From positions 1 to 64,000 of the forward strand of contig JAPEUD010000005.1 of assembly GCA_026026165.1 (NCBI GenBank): 64,000 nt of DNA, read 5' to 3'. Positions 51,958 to 64,000 of this stretch are shown here, one piece after another; position 1 is the stretch's first letter, and each line of letters starts with the position of its first letter. Under the pieces are notes generated by a model. That model was not told the DNA's origin. It did not search any database and saw only the letters and a list, made by a program, of their open reading frames with translations. The stretch is from Sarea resinae. Taxonomy: Eukaryota. Position numbers and translations under genes: made by a program.

Positions 51958-53627
51958 ATGGCCTCAGTTGCATCGACATGTAGGTTGACGGCCAAATGGG
52001 CTGGCAACCAGCTCCGCCCTTATGTTCTGTCTCGAGGTGAGTAGTGAGCCTTGCGGCCTCCTAGCCACGGAGGAAAATAGTCGTTGCCCTCGGCGAATCC
52101 AAAGACTGATGCGAGTCTTCCTTCTAGGTTTCCGCTCTGCGCCGGCGTGCCTGGCCGCCCACACTTTTGCGATGCCCGCCATGTCGCCGACTATGACAGA
52201 GGGCAACATCACCAAATGGGAAGTAAAGGAGGGTAAGTCCAGATTCCACCCCTTCCTTCCCTAGCAATGTTCGCCAGCAGATTCTGATGTTTGCTCTGCA
52301 GGTGATTCGTTCTCTGCGGGTGATCTCCTTCTCGAGATTGAGACGGACAAGGCGCAAATGGACGTGGAAGCGCAAGACGACGGAGTCATGGCCAAGATAA
52401 TAGTACGTTCGATCGACTGACATTATCTTGCTTCGTGGTCGGCTAATCACACGTCTGCTACAGCAAGACTCAGGCTCAAAGGCCGTCAAAGTGGGCTCTG
52501 CCATTGCCGTTACCGCTGATCCCGGCGATGACCTCAGTACCCTAGAAATGCCCGCAGATGCGACTGCCTCTCCAGCCAGTCCGCAAGAAGACACCAAGTC
52601 TGGAATAGACCCAGCAAAAAGCTCCCCATCTGCCGCCGAGGCTCCTCAAACATCCAAGCCGTCGACACCAGCAAAGTCAGAAACATCCGGCAAGGCGGAT
52701 GCCTCTGAAGACGCGAAAGCAAAAGCTCCTGTAGCGGATCCTGCCACGAAGACAGCGCCAGAGAGCGAGGGCGAGCCGGCGAAGCCCATCAAACAAACCC
52801 ACCCATTGACACCCTCCGTGCAGCATCTTCTCCATGAACACGGCCTCTCAGACGCAGAAGCCGATAAGATTCCCGCTAGCGGTCCCCAAGGACGAGTTCT
52901 CAAAGGCGACGTGCTCGCCTATCTTGGTAGCATCGAGGCGGCGTACCCCTCTAAGCAGGCCGCCCGTATCGTTCGACTTGGCCATCTGGACCTCAGCAAC
53001 GTCAAGCCAGCGCCCAAGCTCGCCAAACCATCCGAAGGCCAAGCCAGCGCTGCTGCTCCAGCTCCGGAAGCGGCTACACCGGTCCCCGCACCAGAACCCC
53101 CAGTTGACATCTCCATTCCCGTGTCGTTTGCCGCTCTCCTGCAAGTTCAAGCCCGCGTCGAGCAGACTCTTGGGGTCTATCTCCCCTTATCGTCCTTCAT
53201 CTCTCGCGCCTCCAAAGCCGCCAACGAGAACCTTCCTCGGTCCAAGACGGTGAAGCCCACCCAGGATGAGCTCTTCAATGACGTCCTCGGCCTAAACAAG
53301 GTTGGATCGTCGTCGTTTTCGCGCGGTCATTACACTCCGCAGGTCACGGCGCTGCCCGTCGCCCATCCTGGAGCCAGACCGAAGCACGTGGTTTCGAGGA
53401 AGCAGCCAGATATTATTGATTTCCTGAGCGGAAAGCCAGCCAGTAGCCGTGCCGGGCTTAAAGGGCGTTTGACCGCTGATCCATTCATCAGCTCTGCCGC
53501 CGATGAGCCGGCGGAGGTGGGGGTCTTGAGTCTGAGCGTACCGAAGGCGGATCAAAAGCGTGCGAGACTCTTCCTCGAGCGCGTCAAGACTGTCTTGGAG
53601 AGCGAGCCCGGCAGACTGGTTGTTTGA
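51958..53627 (+). CDS. PDX1: Pyruvate dehydrogenase complex protein X (E3-binding protein)
   Basis: Exons 51958-52036, 52128-52232, 52302-52402, 52464-53627. Lipoyl domain [23 protein letters not shown]3-binding region [13 protein letters not shown]. Confidence 0.93.
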
Positions 53628-54503
53628 TTTTAGAATGTTCGCAGGATGAATGCATGTATCATATGGTCGCTCGCAGCATACGCTAGCATCATACCTTTGA
53701 CTACCTTACCTTACAGCGTGTATGCGATGCTACAGAAGTGGCGAGGAGGCGAGGATGTGCGGATGTGAGGATTGTTGTCGCTCTGCTCTCTTGGTTGGGA
53801 TGTTCATCTGCATTTTGGATCGTATTGGTATTTTCATTGTTACGGGCCAGATGAGTGCAAGATCAACTACTCCTACCATATCCACCGTCCTATGTATATT
53901 CTTTCGCTTTGGTGATGTATGGAGTAGACTGGCATTCTTCTTCGAGCGGTTCGTGATCGATCTGGATGGAGGTTCTAACATACCTAGGGCTACCTACCCA
54001 AGGGCTACCTACCCAGGTGCTTACCCGGGGGATTCTTTTCTGTACGTAGTACCTGTAGGTAAGGTAGGCTCGCTGACGATGCGCTGCCTCTCGCGGTTTA
54101 GCGGGCTTGCTTTACCACCTGACCTCCTGCCGCTTTGAAGTCGACGAAGTATAAGAATCCCTCTCTATTCTCCTCGTAGATTTCGATTGTCTATTCACTT
54201 TGCTTCTGTTTCTCCTTTGCCTTTGATCTCTCTTTCTCTCTTCACTGCTGAGACATAGAGTGTAGTAGCTCAAAAGCTCTACTCAGAGCTCCGGATTTCA
54301 ATGCCTTCAATCTTCCCCAGCAATTGTGCCCTAGAATGCTGTTGGATGGCTGTCCAATTACGCTGAGTTAAGACTCGCTTTTTCGGCGAGCAGTGATTTG
54401 TGTCTGCTTCAAGTCGAGCCGTTTTGATTCTCAGGCATCTAAATCATTCGCCTTCTCTTCGACCCGCCACCAACTATCACAGCATACCACCGTTTTCGAC
54501 AAG

Positions 54504-55934
54504 ATGCCGTCTTCAACAAGAAGGCTCATTCGTGACGGTACCACAGCAGCGGTGCCTGAACCACCCTCCAAATCTTCCAACGATGCCGCTACAGTATCCG
54601 AATCCAAACCTGTGCAACTGGACTCGCAGCAACGGGATGCGCCGTCCTCTAACGAGGACTCCCCAAAGACTTTCCGAGACCTAGGAATCTTGGAATCGTT
54701 ATGCGAGGCCTGTGACTCTTTTGGTTACCGAACACCCACGCCAATTCAGGCGCAGTCCATCCCGCTAGCAATCCAAGGACGAGATTTAATCGGCCTTGCA
54801 GAGACTGGTAGCGGCAAGACTGCAGCTTTTGTGTTGCCAATTTTACAGGCATTGATGAATCAGCCATAGTCACTGCACTCTCTTATTCTTGCGCCCACCC
54901 GAGAACTCGCACAGCAAACCTCCAAAGTTGTTGAGGTCTTAGGCGCCTTTATATCCGTCCGGTGTACATTGTTGATCGGAGGAGTTGACATGGTCTCACA
55001 AGCCATAGCACTTGGAAAGAAGCCGCATATTGTGGTCGCCACACCGGGACGTCTGCTTGATCATTTAGAAAATACCAAAGGGTTCTCGCTGAAGAAATTG
55101 AAATACCTGGTCTTGGACGAGGCGGATAGACTACTGGATCTTGACTTCGGCCCGGTGTTGGACAAACTTTTGAAGATATTGCCGGAGAGAACGACATATC
55201 TTTTCTCTGCAACCATGTCCAGTAAGGTCGAATCACTACAGCGGGCATCTTTGTCGAATCCCGTACGAGTCTCAGCATCCACGAAAGGTCAAACAGTCTC
55301 GACCCTCTTGCAGTCATTCACTTTCATGCCACACAAACAGAAAGACGTCCACCTTGTCCATATACTGAATGAGCGAGCAGGACAGACGGTTATCGTGTTC
55401 ACCCGTACCGTTAATGAGACTCAGAGGATTGCTATTTTGCTGCGAACCCTAGGATTTTCTGCGATTCCCATCCACGGCCAACTCTCACAGAGTGTACGAT
55501 TGGCTGCGTTGAACAGATTCCGAGCCGGGTCTCGGAGTCTGCTGATTGCCACCGACGTGGCAGCTCGTGGTCTCGATGTGCCTTTAGTCGACCTGGTCCT
55601 GAACTACGATTTGCCGCACGACAGCGAGACGTACGTTCATCGGGTTGGCAGAACCGCTCGTGCTGGTAAGAGTGGTATCGCGATGTCCTTTGTTACGCAA
55701 TACGACGCTGAGATATGGTTACGCATCGAAAAGGCCTTGGGCAGGAAGGTGGATGAGCACAAGATAGAGGACGACGAGGTAATGATCTTTGCCGAGCGTG
55801 TCGGAGATGCTCAGAGAACGGCTGTGCGCGAAATGAAGGACCTACATGAGAAAAGGGGAAATCCGGGAGCTACCTTGCGGCACAAGAGAAATGGCAAGAG
55901 AAGCAGGGATGAGATGGACAAGGATGAAGGCTAG
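54504..55934 (+). pseudogene. RRP3: Rrp3-family DEAD-box rRNA helicase with one in-frame TAG (recoded gene or young pseudogene)
   Basis: Intronless, single frame. Q motif, [35 protein letters not shown] and [10 protein letters not shown] are all intact; Rrp3-typical [14 protein letters not shown] at 54867-54869. Confidence 0.85.
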
Positions 55935-56471
55935 GATATTAGCGCTTTAAACCTCGGAAGGCTGGATGCAACGACTGGGATAACAGACGGGCGTTGACGT
56001 CTTTGAAAGCGCAGAAGCCAGAACCAAAAACTTACGAAAAGGCTGTTGTGATAGTTACGGTCTAAAGCTTTTTACACACCATAACGATCTACGCACTGGG
56101 TTCTCATCCTCCCAGCTCCTAGAGGTCGACCTTTCCGCATGGAGCGTCTGGCGATTTCTTCGTTGTCGATCACAAGCAGATCACAGAGCCACAACTACTG
56201 GTGCTTTTGAATTGTATCGGGTTGAATGAAGAGACTTCTCTTTATGAACCAACGCCATCACGCTATCATACCTAACATATTCAGATTAGGTATATACCAT
56301 GAGAGCTCTGTGGTTGCGCCTGCTGCACTTACACGCTGTTTCTGTGCTCCGCTGAAAGACTTCATTGCCTATCAAATTTGATCATTGAAAAGCCCCTGAC
56401 TGGAAAGGGGGTTCAAGAGGGTTGGCCAATGAGGCCCTATGAATGAAAAGCAAACAACTCGTCGGTCAATT

Positions 56472-57299
56472 CTAAGCTTGACCGCCTAAATGAGCAAGGA
56501 CCCCATTGGAATTCAGACAAGTGCCCGTCATATTCTTGTCCCTCATCGAGGTCAGATAACACTCGGCGACATCCTCGACCCTGCCAAGAGTCCCCGTCAC
56601 CGTCTGGGCGCCAAACGACTTCTTCGCGGCCTCGATCTCCTCCTTGGTCGTGCCATGCGCGTCCCACAGCGCCGTGTCCATGGGGCCCGGAGACACGATG
56701 TTGACGCGCACGGGCTTGAGGTCGAGCGCAAGCGTACGCGTCACACTGCGCAGCGCCGCGGCGTAGCTGGCAGGGATGGTCCAGCCGGGCGGCGGCTTCT
56801 GGGACGCGCTACCCGACGTCAGGGTGATTGACGAGGCCGACGCGGCCGACGCCATGTACGCGCCGTAGAAGGCGTTCTTGGCCAGGAGGAGCGGGGCGAA
56901 GAAGCGCACGGTGCCTGCGGCGACTATCTCCTCGTAACTGACCTCGTGCAGCGGGCGCAGATGCAGCGGGTTGCCTGCCGTGAAGACGATGTGGTCGATT
57001 TTGGTCTGCCCGCCCTCGGTGACCGTGTCCAGCAGGCCCTTGATGCGCGTTTCGAGGCCCTCGGGAGCGGACAAATCGCAGGTGTACCCCGTGACCGTGG
57101 AGGCGCGCGAAGGGTAGAGTGATTTCAGGTGCGCGAGGGCGGATTCGAGACGGGCATCCGACGAGGATGAGATGGTTACGCGTGCGGCATGCGCTTCGAG
57201 ACTACCGGCGGCGACGCCGAGGCCGACGCCCGAGGTGCCGCCGATGATGAAGATGTGGGAGGAGTGGAGTTTGGAGCTGAAGACGGTTGCGTCCGACAT
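56472..57299 (-). CDS. Short-chain dehydrogenase/reductase
   Basis: 275-aa intronless ORF. Motifs IGGTSGVG, DHIVFTAG, ALDLKPVRVNIVSPG. Confidence 0.9.
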   Translation of the reverse strand: MSDATVFSSKLHSSHIFIIGGTSGVGLGVAAGSLEAHAARVTISSSSDARLESALAHLKSLYPSRASTVTGYTCDLSAPEGLETRIKGLLDTVTEGGQTKIDHIVFTAGNPLHLRPLHEVSYEEIVAAGTVRFFAPLLLAKNAFYGAYMASAASASSITLTSGSASQKPPPGWTIPASYAAALRSVTRTLALDLKPVRVNIVSPGPMDTALWDAHGTTKEEIEAAKKSFGAQTVTGTLGRVEDVAECYLTSMRDKNMTGTCLNSNGVLAHLGGQA

Positions 57300-57395
57300 C
57301 TTGATGGCTGAATCGAACGAAGCGTTACCGAAGCTGGATGGGCAAGGTGATCGAGAAAGATGGGCTGGAGGTCAGGAATGCGTGGAGCGTGCTTG

Positions 57396-57722
57396 GAGGA
57401 GAAGTTCGAGAGCTGACCAGCTCCATAAAGGCATTCTCTGCCAATGGCTTGACATGCTTTATACCACAGGCTGATGGACAGCTGATGGAGAAGACAGTGG
57501 AGTGTGGAAATCAGGCATCGTAACCCCGAACGCCGAGATGCCGTTCGTGCTCTGTGCTTTGAGGAGAAGTTGGAGAGATGAGCAGCTACATCAAGGGATT
57601 CTCTGCCAACAGCATGACAGGTTTTCCATCACCGACTGATGGTGCGCTGATGGAGAAGACAGTGGAGTTTGGGGAATCAGGCATCGTAACACCGAACGCC
57701 GAGATGCCGTGCCGTTGGTGCT
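57396..57722. repeat. Diverged tandem duplication, two copies of about 165 bp
   Basis: GAGGAGAAGTT starts at 57396 and 57561. Shared blocks ATTCTCTGCCAA, GCTGATGGAGAAGACAGTGGAGT, AATCAGGCATCGTAAC.CCGAACGCCGAGATGCCGT. Confidence 0.9.
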
Positions 57723-58553
57723 GAATAATGAGGAGTCCGAAGACGTACGAGAATAGGTAGCCAAGGTTGACATTATTGCGTCTTGTGTTTGTCGAGTGAT
57801 GATGATGGTGATGATGGTGATGATGTTCTTCATGCTTCAACCGTGACTTTGCATCAGGTGGATTACCATTCGTGTTCGAGTTGGCGGTGCCGTGGGATCG
57901 TCGTGGGCCCTGTCACCGTGCTGTGTAGCACACTACTCCGTATACACCGTACACTCTCTTAGCTGCGAGAGCCCCAGGTCGAGAGTAAATGTCTACATAG
58001 TAGGTGAATTCAATCCGATCAAGTCCACCTTTCTCCCTTGGCTCCTATCTTTTTCTCTTTTCATCTTGTCCTAGACTCTTCCAAAGGCGTGAGAGATCGA
58101 TATCGATATATCCGGTGCGGAGGTCTACCACGCTGTCTTTGGGGCGAGTGTTGATGTTTCGGCTGCGGCTGCCTGCCTCGAGATGACGTCTTATTGCTCA
58201 GGGACAAGGGGAGGGGAGGTACTTGGGTGGGCAGAGGAGGCACCACGGGGCACCTGGCCGTGCCTCATCTTGTACGCGTTGGCGGCACGAGAGGCGCGTA
58301 CCCCGGAGTACCTTAGCGTCAAGAGGAGGTACCTGCCTGCCAGGGCTGGAAGACTGGACAGTGGAGGACACTGGACGGCTGGCTGATCCAGTGCCCATGC
58401 TGCGTACCTTACCATTCATTCCATCCGGTCCATGGCCACCGGCACGCGCACAATAACACCACACATCGTACAGGCTGGTCCTGTTGCCATCTTGCCTTTG
58501 GCTCTCTTCGCTCTTACCGCCATCACCATCATCATCAATTCGACGCCTCGATC

Positions 58554-61199
58554 ATGGCCGATCATCAAAAGCAGACGAACGGCCCTTCGCCCTCCTCGGA
58601 CGAGGCTTTCGACCCTTCCCTGCTGCCGGATTTCGACCGCGAATTCATCGACGAGGCCGATCTCGACGAGTTTGCCAAAGCTCTCTTCGCTCCGGAGAAT
58701 GCTTACGAGGACCTGACGTCGCCTCGACAGAGCTCGGTCTTCATCACGGCCTTGAATGACTGGAGACCGGTGCATCAACGGGTCCGCGGTCGTCGGAAGG
58801 GCGCCACGGCCCGCAAACGTAAAGCGCCGAGACGGGGCAAGGACGAGACTCGTGAAGGCTTCGTCTATACGCTGCTCAAATGGCCACTTCTCCTGGTGGT
58901 CCTGACCTGGATTCTGGTCTTGGGGATCTTTTACATGCTGACCCGACTTTATATCTATCTATATGAGCATTTCGTCACATGGAGAGGGAGACGGGAGAGA
59001 CTGAGGGAGAGTCTGCACGCGACCAACACCTATGCGGATTGGGTCCAGGCGGCGAAAGAGATGGATGCGCATCTCGGCAATGATGTATGGAAGCAGGACG
59101 ACGAGTATGCCTACTACGATTACAAGACGGTCCGGAGGGTGGTCGGACAGATGAGCAAGCTTCGGATGCGGGCCGAGGCGGATGAGCATGGCGAACGCAA
59201 CGGTGTCGGAGGACAGAAGGCAATCGATGAGCTACGAGGTCTCGTGGAAGCTTGCGTGAAGAATAACTTTGTCGGCGTCGAGAACCCGAGGCTGTACAGT
59301 GAAACCTACTACGGCACCAAGAACGTGGTACAGCAGTTTATCGATGAAGTCGAATCGTCGGTTTCGGTGCTTCTTCGTACAGGCCAGCTGACGCAGGACG
59401 AGAAGCGTATGCTCTTCAAGCACACCTATACCAATTTCGGACGCTCTGCACTTTGTCTTTCTGGGGGTGCGAGCTTTGCATACTATCACTTTGGTGTCGT
59501 CAAGGCTCTACTGGACGCAGACCTTCTGCCTGATGTCATTACTGGAACATCCGGTGGTGCTCTGGTGGCCGCTCTTACGGCCACTCGGACCAACGATGAA
59601 CTCAAAGCTCTTCTCGTTCCTGCGCTTGCTGGTCGCATCACTGCATGTCACGATGATATCCAGACATGGGTCAAGAGATGGTATCGGACGGGGGCGCGCT
59701 TCGACTCTATCGACTGGGCTCGACGTTGTAGCTGGTTCTGCCGAGGCAGTACGACCTTTCGTGAAGCTTACGAACGAACGGGCCGCATCCTGAACGTTTC
59801 CTGCGTCCCCTCCGATCCGCATTCTCCAACGATCCTTGCCAACTATCTGACCTCCCCAGACTGTGTCATCTGGTCTGCCGTTCTCGCCTCCGCCGCTGTA
59901 CCGGGGATTCTCAATCCTGTGGTTTTGATGAAAAAGACCCGCGATGGTACATTGGCGCCATACTCGTTTGGGCACAAATGGAAGGATGGTAGCCTCAGGA
60001 CCGACATTCCTCTCAAGGCTCTGAATCTTCATTTCAATGTCAATTTCAGTATCGTCTCTCAGGTGAATCCACACATTAATCTGTTCTTTTTCAGCTCGAG
60101 GGGTACCGTCGGCCGCCCTGTGACTCATCGGCGTGGCCGAGGTTGGCGCGGCGGGTTTTTAGGATCCGCGACAGAGCAGTATCTCAAGCTCGATCTCAAT
60201 AAATGGCTCAAGGTGCTCCGACACCTAGAACTTCTGCCGCGTCCCTTGGGCCAAGATTGGTCCGAGATTTGGCTCCAGCGTTTCAGCGGCACCATCACCA
60301 TCTGGCCCAAGTCTCTCCCATCCGATTTCTACTACATCCTCACGGATCCAACGCCGCAGCGGCTCGCACGAATGCTGCACGTGGGACAACAGTCTGCGTT
60401 CCCCAAACTCAAGTTCATTGCCAATCGGCTCAAAGTCGAGCGGCTGATCGAGCAAGGCAGACGAGCGACGCGTCCTTCTGCCGATGCTGGGAGCAAGGGA
60501 CTTCAGAATATCCTCTCGGAGGAAGACCTGCGCTCTCTGCTCCGCCAAGCACGTTATCAAGACGACCCTGTCACCCCTGCACCCCTCTCTCTCAGCGGCA
60601 CTGTCAACAGCCCGCCCTCAGCCCCTTCGCCGAGTGCCGAGAGCCCGGGTCTAGGTAGACGTCTCGGCGGCTGGTGGCAGAATCTCGGCGGTGCGAACTC
60701 GTCACGCAATTCGCTCGATGCTTCACGCGGCGCCCCTGATGCCGCCAACGCCGCCGGAGAAAATCGCGGCGATACGGCGGCGGCAGCGACGGATAACGAT
60801 CTGGCTGCTCAGCACTTTCACGCTACTGCCGCAGCTAGACATCGCGGCAGCGTCATCGCTGAGCTGCGGCGCCAGGGTCGCGTGTTCTTTGACGATTCGG
60901 ACGACGGCGATGATACGGAGGGCAGTCTCAGTGTCGGCACTAGTTTGGCCGGTAGTACGGTCAGTGATGGCGAAGATGACAGCGATGGCGACGGCCATGG
61001 CGATGCCGAGGGTCTTCTTGGTAGCCTTCATGGTCGCGGGCCTGGTCACCACGACCACGAGACGTGGGACGTCGAGGAGGAGAAGGACAAGGTTGGTATG
61101 GATGCCGAGAGGGACCGAGAAGAGGATGCCGTTGAGGCGTTTGAGAACGGCTATGGGAGCAGCCACAACGGGGCCGCGCACGGTACGGTTGTGGGTTGA
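58554..61199 (+). CDS. Patatin-like phospholipase / TAG lipase (Tgl3/4-related, with DUF3336-like N-terminal region)
   Basis: 881-aa intronless ORF. Oxyanion motif LSGGA, nucleophile motif GTSGG, WKDGS; N-terminal TM segment. Confidence 0.93.
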   Translation: MADHQKQTNGPSPSSDEAFDPSLLPDFDREFIDEADLDEFAKALFAPENAYEDLTSPRQSSVFITALNDWRPVHQRVRGRRKGATARKRKAPRRGKDETREGFVYTLLKWPLLLVVLTWILVLGIFYMLTRLYIYLYEHFVTWRGRRERLRESLHATNTYADWVQAAKEMDAHLGNDVWKQDDEYAYYDYKTVRRVVGQMSKLRMRAEADEHGERNGVGGQKAIDELRGLVEACVKNNFVGVENPRLYSETYYGTKNVVQQFIDEVESSVSVLLRTGQLTQDEKRMLFKHTYTNFGRSALCLSGGASFAYYHFGVVKALLDADLLPDVITGTSGGALVAALTATRTNDELKALLVPALAGRITACHDDIQTWVKRWYRTGARFDSIDWARRCSWFCRGSTTFREAYERTGRILNVSCVPSDPHSPTILANYLTSPDCVIWSAVLASAAVPGILNPVVLMKKTRDGTLAPYSFGHKWKDGSLRTDIPLKALNLHFNVNFSIVSQVNPHINLFFFSSRGTVGRPVTHRRGRGWRGGFLGSATEQYLKLDLNKWLKVLRHLELLPRPLGQDWSEIWLQRFSGTITIWPKSLPSDFYYILTDPTPQRLARMLHVGQQSAFPKLKFIANRLKVERLIEQGRRATRPSADAGSKGLQNILSEEDLRSLLRQARYQDDPVTPAPLSLSGTVNSPPSAPSPSAESPGLGRRLGGWWQNLGGANSSRNSLDASRGAPDAANAAGENRGDTAAAATDNDLAAQHFHATAAARHRGSVIAELRRQGRVFFDDSDDGDDTEGSLSVGTSLAGSTVSDGEDDSDGDGHGDAEGLLGSLHGRGPGHHDHETWDVEEEKDKVGMDAERDREEDAVEAFENGYGSSHNGAAHGTVVG

Positions 61200-62033
61200 A
61201 GTCCCGCACGGACTGGATGGATGAAAGAATAAAGAGGAGAGGAACGGAGCCTGTTGCATTGTTATCTCGCCATCCACTTATTTGGGCATATATCTCATGG
61301 GTGGCGTCTGGGGCTGTTGTCGGCCTTGTTGCTTGCTTGCTTGTTTGCTTATTTGCATCTTTGCTCGTCTTGTTTGCTCACTTGACGCTTTCGGGTGACT
61401 GATCAGGGTGGGACGGAGTTGGGTGGGGTTTTTGATATTATCATCGTCATCATCGTCATCACCATCATTATTGTCGCCGTTGTCGTCGTTGTCGTCGTTC
61501 TTCCGCCGTATGCTATCCTATACGCATTCCATTCCCTTGTTCGTCAGACGGATCTTTCATTTGCGTGTCTTGAAGGGACGAACGGCAGGGATGCGTCTGT
61601 TCAGTCCGTGCTAGATCTTGGTGGTGGTACATACTCATGTATAGCTCATACGTCGTACGTGTGTGTGTGTACAGTTGCTTCCAGCGTTTTCCAGTCTCTT
61701 GGCAATTTTGGTCGTCGGGTGTCTGTCTGGGCATGTGTATGTGTGTGTGTATAGCTATATTATACCCAGAAAGTAAATACAATACATATACCTGTACAAA
61801 GGAAAGAGAAGAAAAAGAGCCGAAAAGAAAAGATCCCCCGGCTTCGAGAACCAATGGAAGTACCTACCTCCCTACCTACCTACCTACCTACCTACCTAAG
61901 GTAGTTCAGCAAGCAAGAAAGAAAGAAAGAAAGCAATTATTTCTACTCTGGTGATGTTTCTAGAGCGGGGTCTGGTTTTTCCTTCAGGTGTATATATATA
62001 TGTGCGGTTTTTATTTTTTTTCCTTGTGAGAAA

Positions 62034-62084
<51 letters not shown>
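62034..62084. repeat. Poly-G tract (51 nt)
   Basis: Directly visible; length may be unreliable. Confidence 0.9.
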
Positions 62085-62085
<1 letters not shown>

Positions 62086-64000
62086 AGAGGGGGGAAGAAA
62101 CAGAAGGGAGGGGGAGCGCACTAGCACCTACCTACCTGATAAGATAAGATAAAATAAGATTCGATAAGAACAGAGGGGGCGTGGTTTGAGATGAGATGTG
62201 ATGTGTGGATCGATATACGAGCGTTGCAAGGGATATAGGATATACGGATCGGATAGGATAGAGGATAGGGGTTATGATATGATATGATAAATACTCTGCT
62301 ACTGCTACTGCTTTACTGCTACTACTTGTACTCCTCTTACTGCTCTTACTGCTCTCACTGCTACCGTGTTGTGTGGTTAGCTGAGAGACTCATCCGATGC
62401 GTACGTACGTACGTACATAGGTAGTAGGTCGGTGTGGTTTCGATCGGCTCGGTGGGGCGTGGGTAAGATCAGATCGGATCGGATCAAATCAGATTAGAGC
62501 AGATTGGATCAGATCGGGCTTCATTTGGCTTGGCCATAGGCGTAGGTGTAGGTGTAGGTGTAGGTGTAGGCGTAGGCTTGGGCGTAGGGGGTCGGCTCAG
62601 CTCATTCCTGTCAGTTGCTTCGTCTCACCGCCTACGTTGGCTTACCTTACGGATATGGCCCCGTAGGAGGGAGGCGGGGGTGGTTGTGTGGTTATGGGTT
62701 TTTTTTTCGGGGTTATATGTTCAATAGAGGGTTCGCTCGCTCACCGCCTGCGGCTGTCTGCGGATAGGAGGGACGGTGAAGAGATGTAGGGTCGCCGGGA
62801 GGGGGGGGGGGAACCGGGGGAAGAGAAGTGGTTAGGTGGCGGTCGTGGTGGTACGGAGTAGAGTAGTGGTGGCGGGGTGGACGAATACCTACCTAATTTA
62901 GGTAAGTAGGTAGGGAGGCTGCCTGTGTACGTACGACTAGGTACTCTGAGGAGATGAGTACTAGGTAGATGAGTAAGTGAGTGAGTGAGTGAGTATTCTG
63001 TATAATCCTTTCGACGTGATAAGTCGATATCAATTGCATGTCTTCCCCCCTCCCCCCTCTCTTTAGACAGGACTAGGGCGGTATCCAGGGCGTAAGGTAT
63101 TCACGTAAGTAATCTGTGGATTGGATCGGATCGGATCGGTGTCGTGATGATGCTGTTAGTGGAATTTTGGTGTCTGCCCTGGGTAGGTATCTACTCGGGA
63201 TCCATGGCTACTCTGGATGTCTAGTGTGTGATATGAGTTAGTGGCATGAGTCTGGATCGTTTACCGCCGCCCGAGCACGGATCGTGAGATCTTTGGTCTT
63301 GGTGACGGTGGTGGTGGCCCAGCGGCTTAAGCCGTCGTGCGGCCTAGGGAAGGGGAGAGGGGGGGGCCTCTTCTCAATGCGGGTAATGGAAGAGAGATAG
63401 ATATGAGAGATGGGATGACCTCCGAGGAGGAAAAGGGGAGTGAGAAGGGGTTCATTAGGGAAAATCCGCTTTGATATTGGATATGGATCTGGAGGTGGTC
63501 AGATCTACGGTGCGCACCGAGGTAGGTAGGTGCTCGGCGCGTGGCGCCTGCGCACGGAACGCGCGTTAGCCGCGTCAGTACATATGTAGGACATGTGCAG
63601 ATTCATCAATGTGTGCGGTGATAGCTGGAGGCCAGGCTGGACCGCCTGTCTGCATGTACGTCTGTTTATTTGTTTGCTTGCTTGGTGGACTCTGTGGGAG
63701 ACGTCTTTGTGTTTTGGCCTTCGTATCACTTTCGGCTGGTTGCGCGGAGCAAGGCACATTGGTAGCCCGTTTTCTGATATCCAAACTACAAGGTGTATAC
63801 TGCGTGGGCAGGCAGGCAATCGCTATCGAAGCGTCCGTGCGGATTCTTTCCGGCAAGATATCAAATCGATGTATGTATGAAGTGCCATCTTGCATCCGCC
63901 GTGTCTGTGATCGATCTGGGAAGAGGGCGTTTCTGGAGACGAGTGGGTGCATGAAGCTGTATGCGACGATGTATCCATGGGACAGTATTCTCTAGTCAGT

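Noticed and set aside
54845..54900. An intron removing the RRP3 stop codon
   Set aside because: No consensus donor or branch site, and spacing between motifs I and Ia already matches Rrp3, leaving no room for an intron.
57396..57722. CRISPR-like array or LTR pair
   Set aside because: Only two adjacent diverged copies, with no spacers, TG..CA ends or internal element; eukaryotic context.

Overview
Eukaryotic, intron-containing DNA from a filamentous ascomycete (Pezizomycotina-like: short GT..AG introns with CTRAC branch points and a FlbD-type Myb gene). I can support 18 conventional protein-coding genes, most with exon structures reconstructed by hand: NCBP3-like, a tandem-PHD plus Myb-like protein, O-GlcNAc transferase, FlbD, Yju3-like lipase, Trm61-like methyltransferase, Dcr2-like phosphatase, cystinosin-like transporter, an Rrg8-like protein, ClpP, an orphan, Atp16, a DUF2457 protein, Sar1, a probable mitochondrial membrane protein, Pdx1, an SDR and a patatin lipase. 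There is also an intron-containing tRNA-Cys and many microsatellites. Most notable: (1) an otherwise intact Rrp3 DEAD-box helicase gene broken by a single in-frame TAG (RNA editing, readthrough, young pseudogene or sequencing error); (2) a nested long-range inverted repeat of about 680 bp in the roughly 10 kb largely gene-free region upstream of flbD, possibly a structured or small-RNA precursor transcript; (3) a variant double-PHD protein; (4) a cryptic spliced Cys-rich ORF; (5) an upstream AUG inside a predicted flbD 5'UTR intron. All homology calls come from recalled motifs; no searches were run.
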